Translations under genes and position numbers: made by a program | Notes under the pieces: generated by a model | The model's database searches: none | What the model was told of the DNA's origin: nothing | Seen by the model: the letters and a program-made list of their open reading frames with translations, nothing else | Origin: a virus | Lineage: Duplodnaviria > Caudoviricetes | IMG/VR virus record: IMGVR_UViG_3300049009_000460 | Location: 1 to 24,715 of that record | Length of the DNA stretch: 24,715 nt | Strand: one strand, 5' to 3' | Shown here: one piece after another, positions 16,490 through 24,715 of the stretch | Numbering within the stretch: the first letter of the stretch is position 1 | Layout: each line of letters opens with the position of its first letter

Positions 16490-16954
16490 ATGGCCAACGA
16501 ACTCAACATCGCGCTCGCAAAATCGGGCCTCACCGTAACAGCACAACGCTACCAAGCAGGCGCCGCCGTGGGCTCTGCCATCTCCTGCCCCGAAACTGGC
16601 TCATCAGGATTTTACAGCGGCAACATGACCGGCAGCGCAGGCACCTACCAAATCGCATTCATCTCCGCCTCCGCTAACGTCGGAAGCGGCAGCATCGTCT
16701 GGAGCGGCACAGCCGAAGTCCCTGCCAGCACATTCAACGCCTCCACCGACACCGTGGCCAATGTCACTTTGTGCGCCACCACAACAACGCTCACCAACGC
16801 GCCAACCGTGCCAAGTGCGGCAAGCATCGCCTCGGCCACACGCACCGAGCTCGCATCCGAGCTGGCAAAAGTCGCGGCACTCAACACGGACCGCCTCGCC
16901 AACGTGGCCACCACGGCCATCGTCGGCAACCTCATCGCCCAAGCCAACAGCTAA
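16490..16954 (+). CDS. hypothetical Ser/Thr/Ala-rich structural protein
   Basis: 154 aa, A-rich leader, virion-like composition. Confidence 0.7.
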   Translation: MANELNIALAKSGLTVTAQRYQAGAAVGSAISCPETGSSGFYSGNMTGSAGTYQIAFISASANVGSGSIVWSGTAEVPASTFNASTDTVANVTLCATTTTLTNAPTVPSAASIASATRTELASELAKVAALNTDRLANVATTAIVGNLIAQANS

Positions 16955-17229
16955 TGAGCGGCGAATCCACCATGCTCGAAACGATCAGCCATGCGGCGGC
17001 TCAGTCCGACCGCTGGCTCTTCGTGGCGCTCTTAGTCATCGGGATTTCGGCCATCGGAATCCTGTTCCGCTATTTCACCGCGAGATTGGACACGCTCCAA
17101 GACCGCATGGACAAACAAAACGCCGATTTCGTCGCCCACCTCACCACGGCCAACCGTGAAATGCTGGAGGTCATCTCCAGCGCCAAAGTCGTCATCGAGC
17201 GAGTCGAGCGCAAGCTGGAGTCAAAATAA
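16954..17229 (+). CDS. single-TM membrane protein, holin-like
   Basis: TAATG-coupled start; hydrophobic WLFVALLVIGISAIGILF followed by a coiled coil, similar in layout to BhlA-type holins. Confidence 0.6.
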   Translation: MSGESTMLETISHAAAQSDRWLFVALLVIGISAIGILFRYFTARLDTLQDRMDKQNADFVAHLTTANREMLEVISSAKVVIERVERKLESK

Positions 17230-17230
17230 G

Positions 17231-19897
17231 ATGCCGAAGTTCGATTTCTATCCCTCGTTCAACGCCGGTGAAGTCTCCCCCTTCATCGACGCCCGGACGA
17301 GCCTGGAGAAATACCGCAGCGCCTGCCGCACGCTGGAGAACTTCCAAATCCTCCCCTACGGCGGCGTCATCCGGCGCCCCGGCACAGAGTTTCGCGGCAC
17401 GACGCTCAACCCCAACCTCGGCGAAGTCCGCCTCATCGGTTTCAACTTCTCCACCACGACCCGGTTCGTGATCGAGTTGGGCGGGGGCTACATGCGCTTC
17501 TGGAATGCCGCCACCGGGCAACTGCAAACAAACGCCTCCGGCGGCATCTTGGTGGTGAACCACCCGTATCTCGGAGCGCACCTGCGCGAAGTCCAGTTCG
17601 TCCAGATCAACGACATCATGTATTTCGCGCACGCGAACTACCCGCCGCGCAAGCTCTCGCGCCTCGCCGACAACAACTGGACTTTTGAAAATGTGGTCTT
17701 CGACTACCCCCCGCTCTTTGAGCAAAACACCACGGACACCACGATCCGGGTTTCCAACGAAATCGGCTACACGACGCTCACGGCATCGACGCCTATCTTT
17801 GACGACAGCATGAATGGCGGGCAGTGGGCGCTGGAGTGGAAACGCCCGCTCGCCACCGTGTCGGTGGATATCGCCGGGAACTATTTGAGCGATCTTATGG
17901 ATGTCGAGGGAGACTGGACCTTCACGACCTTCGGCATCTGGGACGCCTCGATTCAAATCCTGCGCTACCCGAACGACAAGATGGAAAAGGGCTACACGCA
18001 AACAGGAACGCTCACACGATCCGGCGCAACCGCCACCGTCTCGCATCCCGCCCACGGTTACAACACCGGCGACCTGCTGGCCATCAACGCCTCTGGAAGC
18101 ACGGCCCCATTCCACACGGGTCGCACCAGCTTGGCCACGATCACCGTGACCAGTGAGGACGCCTACACCTACACGGTGGCAAACAGCGGAGCGACAACCT
18201 GTCCGTTCGCCTACATCGAAAACATTTCCCAAATGGAGGTCGTGAAGGAATACGACCGCGCCTCCGGCGAATCCAATATCATCACCACGGGAACCGAAAG
18301 CGCCCGCTGTGGCATGCTGATCCGTGTCCTCAACTACACCTCCAACACCAAAGGCCGCGCCGTCATCGAAAGCTCGGATTTCCGCACCGGAGGTCTGGTG
18401 ACCATCGTGGACACTTACATGGCGGCGTGGGCGGCATCGACGGCCTATGTCGTCGGCGACTATGTCACGCAGGGCGGGGCAAATTACAAATGCACAACGC
18501 CACACACATCCGGCGCGGCATTCGATGTCACCAAGTGGATCATCCAAAACGGGCTAACATCCGGAACCAAAGCCGGAGCCAATGTGACCCGCTGGCTATC
18601 CGCCTCCGCACGGGCAGGAGCCAAGACCATCTTCTGGTCCGAGGCGGCATTTTCCGCGAAGCGCGGCTACCCTCGCTCGGTCGCCATGCACGAACAGCGC
18701 CTGTGCTTCGGCGGAACAAGCTCCCAACCGAACACGATCTGGTGCAGCCAGATTGACAATTTCGAGAACTTCAAAACCGGCGTCACTGCGAGCGATGCGG
18801 TGCAATTCACCCTCGCCGCCTCCGAGGGCAACCGCATCAACTGGATGTATAGCCAATCGCAACTCCTCATCGGCACATCCGGCGATGAGTGGACCATCGG
18901 CAGCGCCGACTCCTCGGCCTCGCTCTCGGCCACCAATGTGCAAGCCAGCCGCCAGTCGAGCTACGGCAGCAAATACATGCGAGCCGCGCTGGTGAACGAT
19001 GTCCTGCTCTTCGTCCAGCGCAACGGACGCAAGGTGCGCGAACTTGTCTACGAACTCAACAAGGACGGATGGGTCGCGCCCGACCTCACCCTCCTCGCCG
19101 AACACATCACCAGCGGCGAAATCGTCGAGGTCGCCTACCAGCAACAGCCCGATGCCGTCCTGTGGTGCGTGCGCGGAGACGGCACACTCATCGCCATGAC
19201 CTACGAGCGAGACCAAAAGGTCGTCGGCTGGCATCGCCATGTCATCGCCGACGCTGCCGATGTCGAGTCGGTCGCCACCATCTACGGCAATCAAACTGAG
19301 GACGAGGTCTGGATGGTCGTCAAGCGCACGGTCGCCGGGCAGGACTACCGCACCATCGAGCGATTCCCGCTCCTCTGGCGCAAATACCTCGACGAGGAGA
19401 CCGCCGCCTCATGGCGCTACCTCGATGGATGGTCCAAGATTGACGCTGGCGCGGCAAACCGCACGATCTCCCTCCTTGAACGCTTCAACGGCAAGGCCGT
19501 CACCGTCGTGCAGGAGGGCCAATCTCCCGTGACCCGCACCGTGGCCAGCGGAGCGATCACCGTTCCCGCAGCCAGCGCCGGATATGTCGGCCTGCCCTAC
19601 ACCTCCACGCTCACGCCCATGAAGCTCGACATGGACTTGGAAGACGGTTCCTCCCAAGGTCGCAAGAAGCGCATCCACAAAATCATCGCCCGCCTCTACA
19701 AAAGCCGGGGAGGAGAGATCAGCACCAACAACGGGCAATGGTATGCCCTCGCCGACGCGCTCTCCACCGGCGACCAAAAAATGATCCTCGCCGGTGCGTT
19801 TGGATTCGACGCTGACCTCACTCTGAGGCAAACTGCTCCTTATCCAATGGCAGTCATCGCCCTTCAACCTGTCTGGGATACCTTCGGAAATGAGTGA
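17231..19897 (+). CDS. tail tubular protein B / nozzle (T7 gp12-like)
   Basis: start MPKFDFYPSFNAGEVSP; GG..RRPGT, GYPRSVAMHEQRLCFGG, LFVQRNGRKVRE, GWHRH and YVGLPY motifs. Confidence 0.92.
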   Translation: MPKFDFYPSFNAGEVSPFIDARTSLEKYRSACRTLENFQILPYGGVIRRPGTEFRGTTLNPNLGEVRLIGFNFSTTTRFVIELGGGYMRFWNAATGQLQTNASGGILVVNHPYLGAHLREVQFVQINDIMYFAHANYPPRKLSRLADNNWTFENVVFDYPPLFEQNTTDTTIRVSNEIGYTTLTASTPIFDDSMNGGQWALEWKRPLATVSVDIAGNYLSDLMDVEGDWTFTTFGIWDASIQILRYPNDKMEKGYTQTGTLTRSGATATVSHPAHGYNTGDLLAINASGSTAPFHTGRTSLATITVTSEDAYTYTVANSGATTCPFAYIENISQMEVVKEYDRASGESNIITTGTESARCGMLIRVLNYTSNTKGRAVIESSDFRTGGLVTIVDTYMAAWAASTAYVVGDYVTQGGANYKCTTPHTSGAAFDVTKWIIQNGLTSGTKAGANVTRWLSASARAGAKTIFWSEAAFSAKRGYPRSVAMHEQRLCFGGTSSQPNTIWCSQIDNFENFKTGVTASDAVQFTLAASEGNRINWMYSQSQLLIGTSGDEWTIGSADSSASLSATNVQASRQSSYGSKYMRAALVNDVLLFVQRNGRKVRELVYELNKDGWVAPDLTLLAEHITSGEIVEVAYQQQPDAVLWCVRGDGTLIAMTYERDQKVVGWHRHVIADAADVESVATIYGNQTEDEVWMVVKRTVAGQDYRTIERFPLLWRKYLDEETAASWRYLDGWSKIDAGAANRTISLLERFNGKAVTVVQEGQSPVTRTVASGAITVPAASAGYVGLPYTSTLTPMKLDMDLEDGSSQGRKKRIHKIIARLYKSRGGEISTNNGQWYALADALSTGDQKMILAGAFGFDADLTLRQTAPYPMAVIALQPVWDTFGNE

Positions 19898-20303
19898 GAT
19901 TTTTCCAGCTCTCAAAATGTTCGATCCAGAAACGGATTACCCCATTGTCAAAGAATGGTGGGTAAGCCACGGGTGGAATGCCGTGCCGCTGGCCGTGCTT
20001 CCGAAGCTCGGAATCGTAGCCAACTTGGACGGCGGTCCCGTTGCCGCCGGGTGGCTTTACATGGACAACAGCATCGGCGTCTCAATGATGGAATGGGTCG
20101 TTGCCAACCCAGAGGCCAAGCCCAAATCCGTCTACAGGTCGATCAAGGCCATTGTCGAATTCCTCAAAGGGCAGGCCAAATCCTTCGGATACTCTGTCAT
20201 GCTGACCACTTGCAAACAGGAATCGCTGGCGCGGGTTTATGAGAAGACCGGCTTCCAACGCACCGACACCGAAATGATCCACCTTGTGCAAACCTTGAAC
20301 TGA
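19890..20303 (+). CDS. GNAT-fold acetyltransferase-like protein (gp13 position)
   Basis: PVAAGWLY...EWVVANP...LARVYEKTGF GNAT-like pattern; lies between nozzle and ejection proteins. Confidence 0.7.
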   Translation: MSEIFPALKMFDPETDYPIVKEWWVSHGWNAVPLAVLPKLGIVANLDGGPVAAGWLYMDNSIGVSMMEWVVANPEAKPKSVYRSIKAIVEFLKGQAKSFGYSVMLTTCKQESLARVYEKTGFQRTDTEMIHLVQTLN

Positions 20304-20304
20304 C

Positions 20305-21321
20305 ATGGCATCCGCAACCACCATCGCTCTGACTACTGCATCGGTTCTTGCCACAGCCGCCTCGACCGGCATCGCGATGTATTCCGCCAGCGAGCAGTCC
20401 AAATCCCAAGCTGCTATCGCGGACTACAACCGCCAGATCAACGAACAGAACGCCTCATGGCAGCGCATGGCCGCAGAGCGGGCCGCGCAGGGCGAACAAT
20501 ACAACGCGCAGCTTGCGATGTTCAACGCCCAGTCGCAGCAGTCGCAGGCCGCATTCCAGTCGCAGATTTCCACCTACCAAAACGAACAGCTGCGCCAGCA
20601 ATCGCAGTTCTCCGACATGCAGGCGCAGATGCAGCGCAACGCTGCCGACCAGATGCGCCAACAGGCGGACGGGCAGGACCGCCAAGCCAAGGAGCAGGCC
20701 GACCGCATCCGTGCCGAGAAAGACCGCATCCTCGGCCTCCAGCGCAGCCAGTTCGCCAAGGGCGGCGTAACCCCCGAAGGTTCTCCTCTGGCTGTTTTGG
20801 CTGATACCGCAAATCTTTACCAGATGCAGGTCGCCGACACCCGCCTGCTTGCCAATTTGGAGGCCAACAAGAAACGCTACGAAGCGGATGTCACCGATTT
20901 CAACGCAGGCATCACCGCGCTGGAGGGAAGCATGATGCGCGACCAAGCCAAAATCAACGATTCAGCCATCGGCTTCAACCTCAACCAAGATTTATTTGCC
21001 GCAGGCCGCAATCTGGATTCTGCCCGCATGTCCTTCAACGACGCTCAGTTTGCCGAGAAAGCCGCAGGCGCAGGCTACAGGATCGCCATGCGCCAAGCCG
21101 CCATCGAGCAGCAGGCAGGCATGGCCACCTCCCGCGCCACCCAACTCGGTGGCTACGCCGCCGGAGCCGCCGGAATCGCCCAGATGGGAAACATCGGCAT
21201 GTCCGCCTACGGAAGCTCGAAATCGAAAAATCCAACAGGGACGGTCACTGGTTACGGTGGTCAGCAATATGTCCCAAAAACATCCTCAACAGGAGGCCAA
21301 TACTACGCTCCGGTCCGCTAA
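20305..21321 (+). CDS. internal virion (ejection) protein, gp14-like
   Basis: hydrophobic Ala/Thr N-terminus, Gln/Ala-rich helices, GV..EGSPL.VL.D motif; synteny. Confidence 0.75.
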   Translation: MASATTIALTTASVLATAASTGIAMYSASEQSKSQAAIADYNRQINEQNASWQRMAAERAAQGEQYNAQLAMFNAQSQQSQAAFQSQISTYQNEQLRQQSQFSDMQAQMQRNAADQMRQQADGQDRQAKEQADRIRAEKDRILGLQRSQFAKGGVTPEGSPLAVLADTANLYQMQVADTRLLANLEANKKRYEADVTDFNAGITALEGSMMRDQAKINDSAIGFNLNQDLFAAGRNLDSARMSFNDAQFAEKAAGAGYRIAMRQAAIEQQAGMATSRATQLGGYAAGAAGIAQMGNIGMSAYGSSKSKNPTGTVTGYGGQQYVPKTSSTGGQYYAPVR

Positions 21322-21324
21322 CCC

Positions 21325-23325
21325 ATGCCATCCATCCGACTCGCCGACATTCCCAACGCAGGCCCGCAATCGCTCGGCGCGAGCAATGTGGGCATCGCCG
21401 CGCCATCCGTGCCTCGATTTGCTGTAAACCCAGAGGCCGCGAAGCTCACCGGAGCCGCCATGGTCGATTCCTCCATGGTCACCCGTGGGGCAAGGTCGAT
21501 GCTCGACCAGTCGCTGGAACTCAACGCCTTTTCGCAGGAGGCCGAGGCCGCTGCGGGATTCGGACAATCCATCGGCAAGATCGGAGAAGTCGCCCTCGCA
21601 TGGGGCGACAAGATGGCCCGCGCCAAGGACACTGCCGATCTCGCCCGCGCTGAGACCCTCATGCGCTCGGCTTTTGAGAAGCAGCAGAACGAGCAGATGA
21701 ACACGCCGGTGGACAAGTGGCAGGAGAAATGGACCGCCAATGTCGAGCAGACCAAAAAAGCCATCGGCGAGATCGGCATCTCCAACAACGCCGCCCAGTC
21801 GCTCTCCCCCGCCTTTGAACGCTGGGGGGAAATGTCCGGCATCCAGATCGAAGGCGAGGCCAACAAAAAGCGCATCGAAGGCTACAAGATGGACATCAAG
21901 GCCAACGCACTGATGAAGTTTGCCGATGGCGATTACGAAGGCGGATTTGCCATCATCGACCAAGGTGTCAAGGATGGCACATTTTCCGCAGAGCAAGGCA
22001 AACTCGACAAGGCCATGATGCAGGACGATGTCCTTCGCAGAACCAAGGAGCAACAGCGCGAGAAGATCGCTGCCGAAATCCTCACCGACCCTCGCCGTGC
22101 CAAGGAAATCCTCACCAAGGCCAAGACTGGCGAGGTGACCGAATTCGGCCAACTTGAACCAAGCCGGGTCAAACTCCACCTCTACGAGGCGGACCGCCAA
22201 ATCCGCGTCACGGATTCCGATAATTGGAATTCCCTTGTCGAAAGAATCCAGAACAAGGACATCACCAGCACCGAGCAACTTGCTACGGAGGCTAAAGGGA
22301 TGGGGATTGAGCCGTCTAAATACAAGCGCCTTGAAAATGCGATAGCTTCAAACATCACATTCAACCCAAAGATCGCAGGCGATCTAAAGGCCGAGGTCGC
22401 CGGGTTCGATTACGGAGCCGACAAGAACGACGCAAATTTCTATGAACTCAACGCCAAGATCGTTTCTCTCCTCCCCAAGGAGCAAGCCCAACTGCTGGGT
22501 GACCAATTGAAGTCCGGTTGGAAGAAAGCCTTCGACGGGACGCCAAAGTCTCCCCGCGAAGTTTACAGGTCCGATTTCATCCAAGGCATCAAGCGCATCG
22601 GCGACAGTGGTCTTCTCGGAGAAACCGGATTAGACCAAGACGGCAAGACCATCGTCGATCAGTCCAAGAACAACACCTACAATGCCAAGGTCTATTCAGT
22701 GATGGAAGGCATGGACGAATGGTTCAACAATCCGGCCAACAAGGACAAGACTCCAGCAGACGCTCAACAACACCGGGATAGCCTCATCGAGCCTCTCTTG
22801 AAAGGGAAAGCACTGGAACTGTTCAAACAAAAAGCAAAGCCATCGTTTATACCAAGCACGGGATTCCAAACACGCATGATGGATCGAATGGACCAAGCGG
22901 ATTTCGCCAAGCCCACCCCAACGCCACCTCCCGCCCAAGAGGCGATTGAGAAAGCAAAATCCACCAAGGCCGAGGGCAAGGTGACTCATTATAATTTCCC
23001 CGGCGATCCGTATTCAGATTCCAATTCACGCAACCGCATCGGCGCTTGGAACAACAAGCTCAATGAAGACTCCCTCGCGATCTCGCCGGACATCGAGCGC
23101 AAATTCAAAGCCGCCGGGATCGGCAAAGGCGACCCCGTGGAACTCACGCTCGCCGATGGGTCCACCGTGATCCGCAATTGGGACGACCGCACGATGCAGG
23201 ACGAGCAGGCTACCCGCAAATTCGGCAAGCCTCTCACTGGACGCTTCGATTTCCACAGCCCCGGCGGCAAACAAAAGAACGATGGCATGGCCGTCGTCTC
23301 CTTCCGCAAAGCCACCAACGCTTAA
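21325..23325 (+). CDS. internal virion protein, gp15-like, with C-terminal 3D/double-psi-barrel-like domain
   Basis: 666 aa helical body, Pro-rich linker, then KVTHY...LAISPD...GDPVEL...DDRT...RFDFH. Confidence 0.7.
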   Translation: MPSIRLADIPNAGPQSLGASNVGIAAPSVPRFAVNPEAAKLTGAAMVDSSMVTRGARSMLDQSLELNAFSQEAEAAAGFGQSIGKIGEVALAWGDKMARAKDTADLARAETLMRSAFEKQQNEQMNTPVDKWQEKWTANVEQTKKAIGEIGISNNAAQSLSPAFERWGEMSGIQIEGEANKKRIEGYKMDIKANALMKFADGDYEGGFAIIDQGVKDGTFSAEQGKLDKAMMQDDVLRRTKEQQREKIAAEILTDPRRAKEILTKAKTGEVTEFGQLEPSRVKLHLYEADRQIRVTDSDNWNSLVERIQNKDITSTEQLATEAKGMGIEPSKYKRLENAIASNITFNPKIAGDLKAEVAGFDYGADKNDANFYELNAKIVSLLPKEQAQLLGDQLKSGWKKAFDGTPKSPREVYRSDFIQGIKRIGDSGLLGETGLDQDGKTIVDQSKNNTYNAKVYSVMEGMDEWFNNPANKDKTPADAQQHRDSLIEPLLKGKALELFKQKAKPSFIPSTGFQTRMMDRMDQADFAKPTPTPPPAQEAIEKAKSTKAEGKVTHYNFPGDPYSDSNSRNRIGAWNNKLNEDSLAISPDIERKFKAAGIGKGDPVELTLADGSTVIRNWDDRTMQDEQATRKFGKPLTGRFDFHSPGGKQKNDGMAVVSFRKATNA

Positions 23326-23334
23326 TTTTTTCAC

Positions 23335-24715
23335 ATGGCCACACTTATCGACGACGCCACAGCCACGGACTACTTCAACGGAATTGACGATGCCCCAGAG
23401 GATCAGCGCCAACAAATGGCCGACGACTTGCTGGCATGGGGCAAGGCCAAGCAGGCACAGGAATACAACGACACCGACGACCACTTTTCCAAACTCTTCA
23501 CAGACGAAGCCTATTTCGAGCAGGAGAAGCAGGCGAATGCCGCCGTGCAGGAATCTCTCGATCCCGACCAGACCGCCAAAAGCGCGGCCATCGGCGCATG
23601 GCTGGAACACCGCAACGGCAGGCCAATTGATCCATTGACCTACCAAGTCGAGCGGGACGCCTATGCCATGGCGAACTACGGGAAAAAGAACCTCGATGAC
23701 GCGCAGTTGTTCGATTTCATCAGCGGCGAATACAATACGCAGAAAGCAAAAACCGAGGCGATCAACGACCTCCAGATGCAGGCGGTCTCCAAGGCGATCA
23801 CCGACTCCCAACTCGGCCAGAATCGTCCCTTCGTGGACGGCATGACCGAGGTCTTCAACCAGTGGCAGGGCAAATACCCGGCTCTACTACGACACGATCA
23901 ACGACCTCGACACCGTGCGTCCGCAGGCGTCCAAGGCACTCTCCACGCTCACCTCGTTCACCCAAGGCAACGCCACCGACGAGGACATGCAGAGCCTCGC
24001 CAACGACTTCGTCAGCGCCCCACCCGAAGACCGGCAGAAAATCTACAAATATGTGACCCTCGCCGCGCAAGCCGGTCAGATCGACCGCGCCGGGTTGGAG
24101 CAGTTCGCCGTCAACATGGGGCAGGCATTCACCCGTGGCTTTGATTTCGTCCCGCAGGGAACGCTCCAGATGCAGGAGGCGGGCGTGAACAACTGGCTGG
24201 AGTCCATCCGCAACGGCACGCAAATCTGGGTTCCTACTGATGGCGACCTCACCAAGGCTGTGGTCGGCAACGCTCCCGCCGGAGCCGAGTCCGATGCATG
24301 GCGGCAGGCCACCGTGCCGGAGGCCGAGACACTCATCCAGAGCGGGCAGTCTGTGCGTGAATCCTTCAAGGTCGTGCGCGAACTCCGCAATGTCGCCAAG
24401 ACCGGCGTCGATCCGATCCGCCCCGTGCTGGAGGAGGATTCCTTCTGGGGAACCGCCGAGCGTGGAGCCTACGGTCTGGCCGGTAGCATCCCGCTCATGG
24501 GCGCGACTGCCGTGAACCCTTACCTTGGCGTCCTCGCCTACCAAGCCACGGAATACGACCGGATCATGCTGGAGAACCCGGATATCAATCCGCAGTTCGC
24601 CCAAGGTCTCGCCCTGGTGGAAGGCGCAGCCAATGCCGCCATCGACCGGGTGCAATTGCGCAGTCTCTCCGGCAAGCTCCCCATGTTTGGCCGATACCTT
24701 GACAGGATAGCCAGC
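23335..24715 (+). CDS. large internal virion protein (gp16 position), frameshifted near 23880 and running off the window
   Basis: protein-like to ...QWQGKYP (23880), then continues in the +1 frame LYYDTINDLDTVRPQ... with no stop to the window end. Confidence 0.7.

Noticed and set aside
14920-16954. Diversity-generating retroelement targeting the lectin or fibre genes
   Set aside because: No reverse transcriptase and no near-identical repeat pair differing at adenines seen in this window
20795-20808. TTTTGGCTGATACC, a one-mismatch copy of the repeated motif
   Set aside because: Lies mid-gene encoding VLADT in a conserved-looking protein segment, far from any start; may be coincidental, so not counted as a site
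6780-24655. Long minus-strand ORFs (e.g. 6780..7847, 10062..11405, 17192..18547, 21286..22278, 23855..24655)
   Set aside because: Antisense shadows of high-GC genes with strong codon bias; no recognisable motifs

Overview
This window is a segment of a GC-rich, podovirus-like (T7/BPP-1-style gene order) tailed phage or prophage, with all convincing genes on the + strand. Gene order: two AT-rich unknown ORFs, a DUF669-like ssDNA-binding protein, a RusA-like resolvase apparently split over two overlapping frames, terS, terL, pre-portal proteins, portal, Bbp19-like protein, scaffold, an atypical CAT-anticodon tRNA, major capsid, a greatly expanded tail-adaptor locus, a modular fibre/lectin cassette, a holin-like gene, the tail nozzle (tubular protein B), a GNAT-like protein and three internal virion (ejection) proteins, the last frameshifted and truncated by the window end. 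Most notable: (1) six tandem tail-tubular-A (T7 gp11-like) domains spread 2+3+1 over three genes, with both gene breaks at the same point inside the repeat; (2) a 14-bp motif TTTTGACTGATACC repeated before several gene blocks; (3) a dual-frame RusA-like locus; (4) a structured capsid leader with two copies of the same internal loop next to the tRNA; (5) apparent ACGT/GTAC avoidance that breaks down only in the lectin cassette. All product calls come from recognising motifs and synteny by eye; no searches were run.
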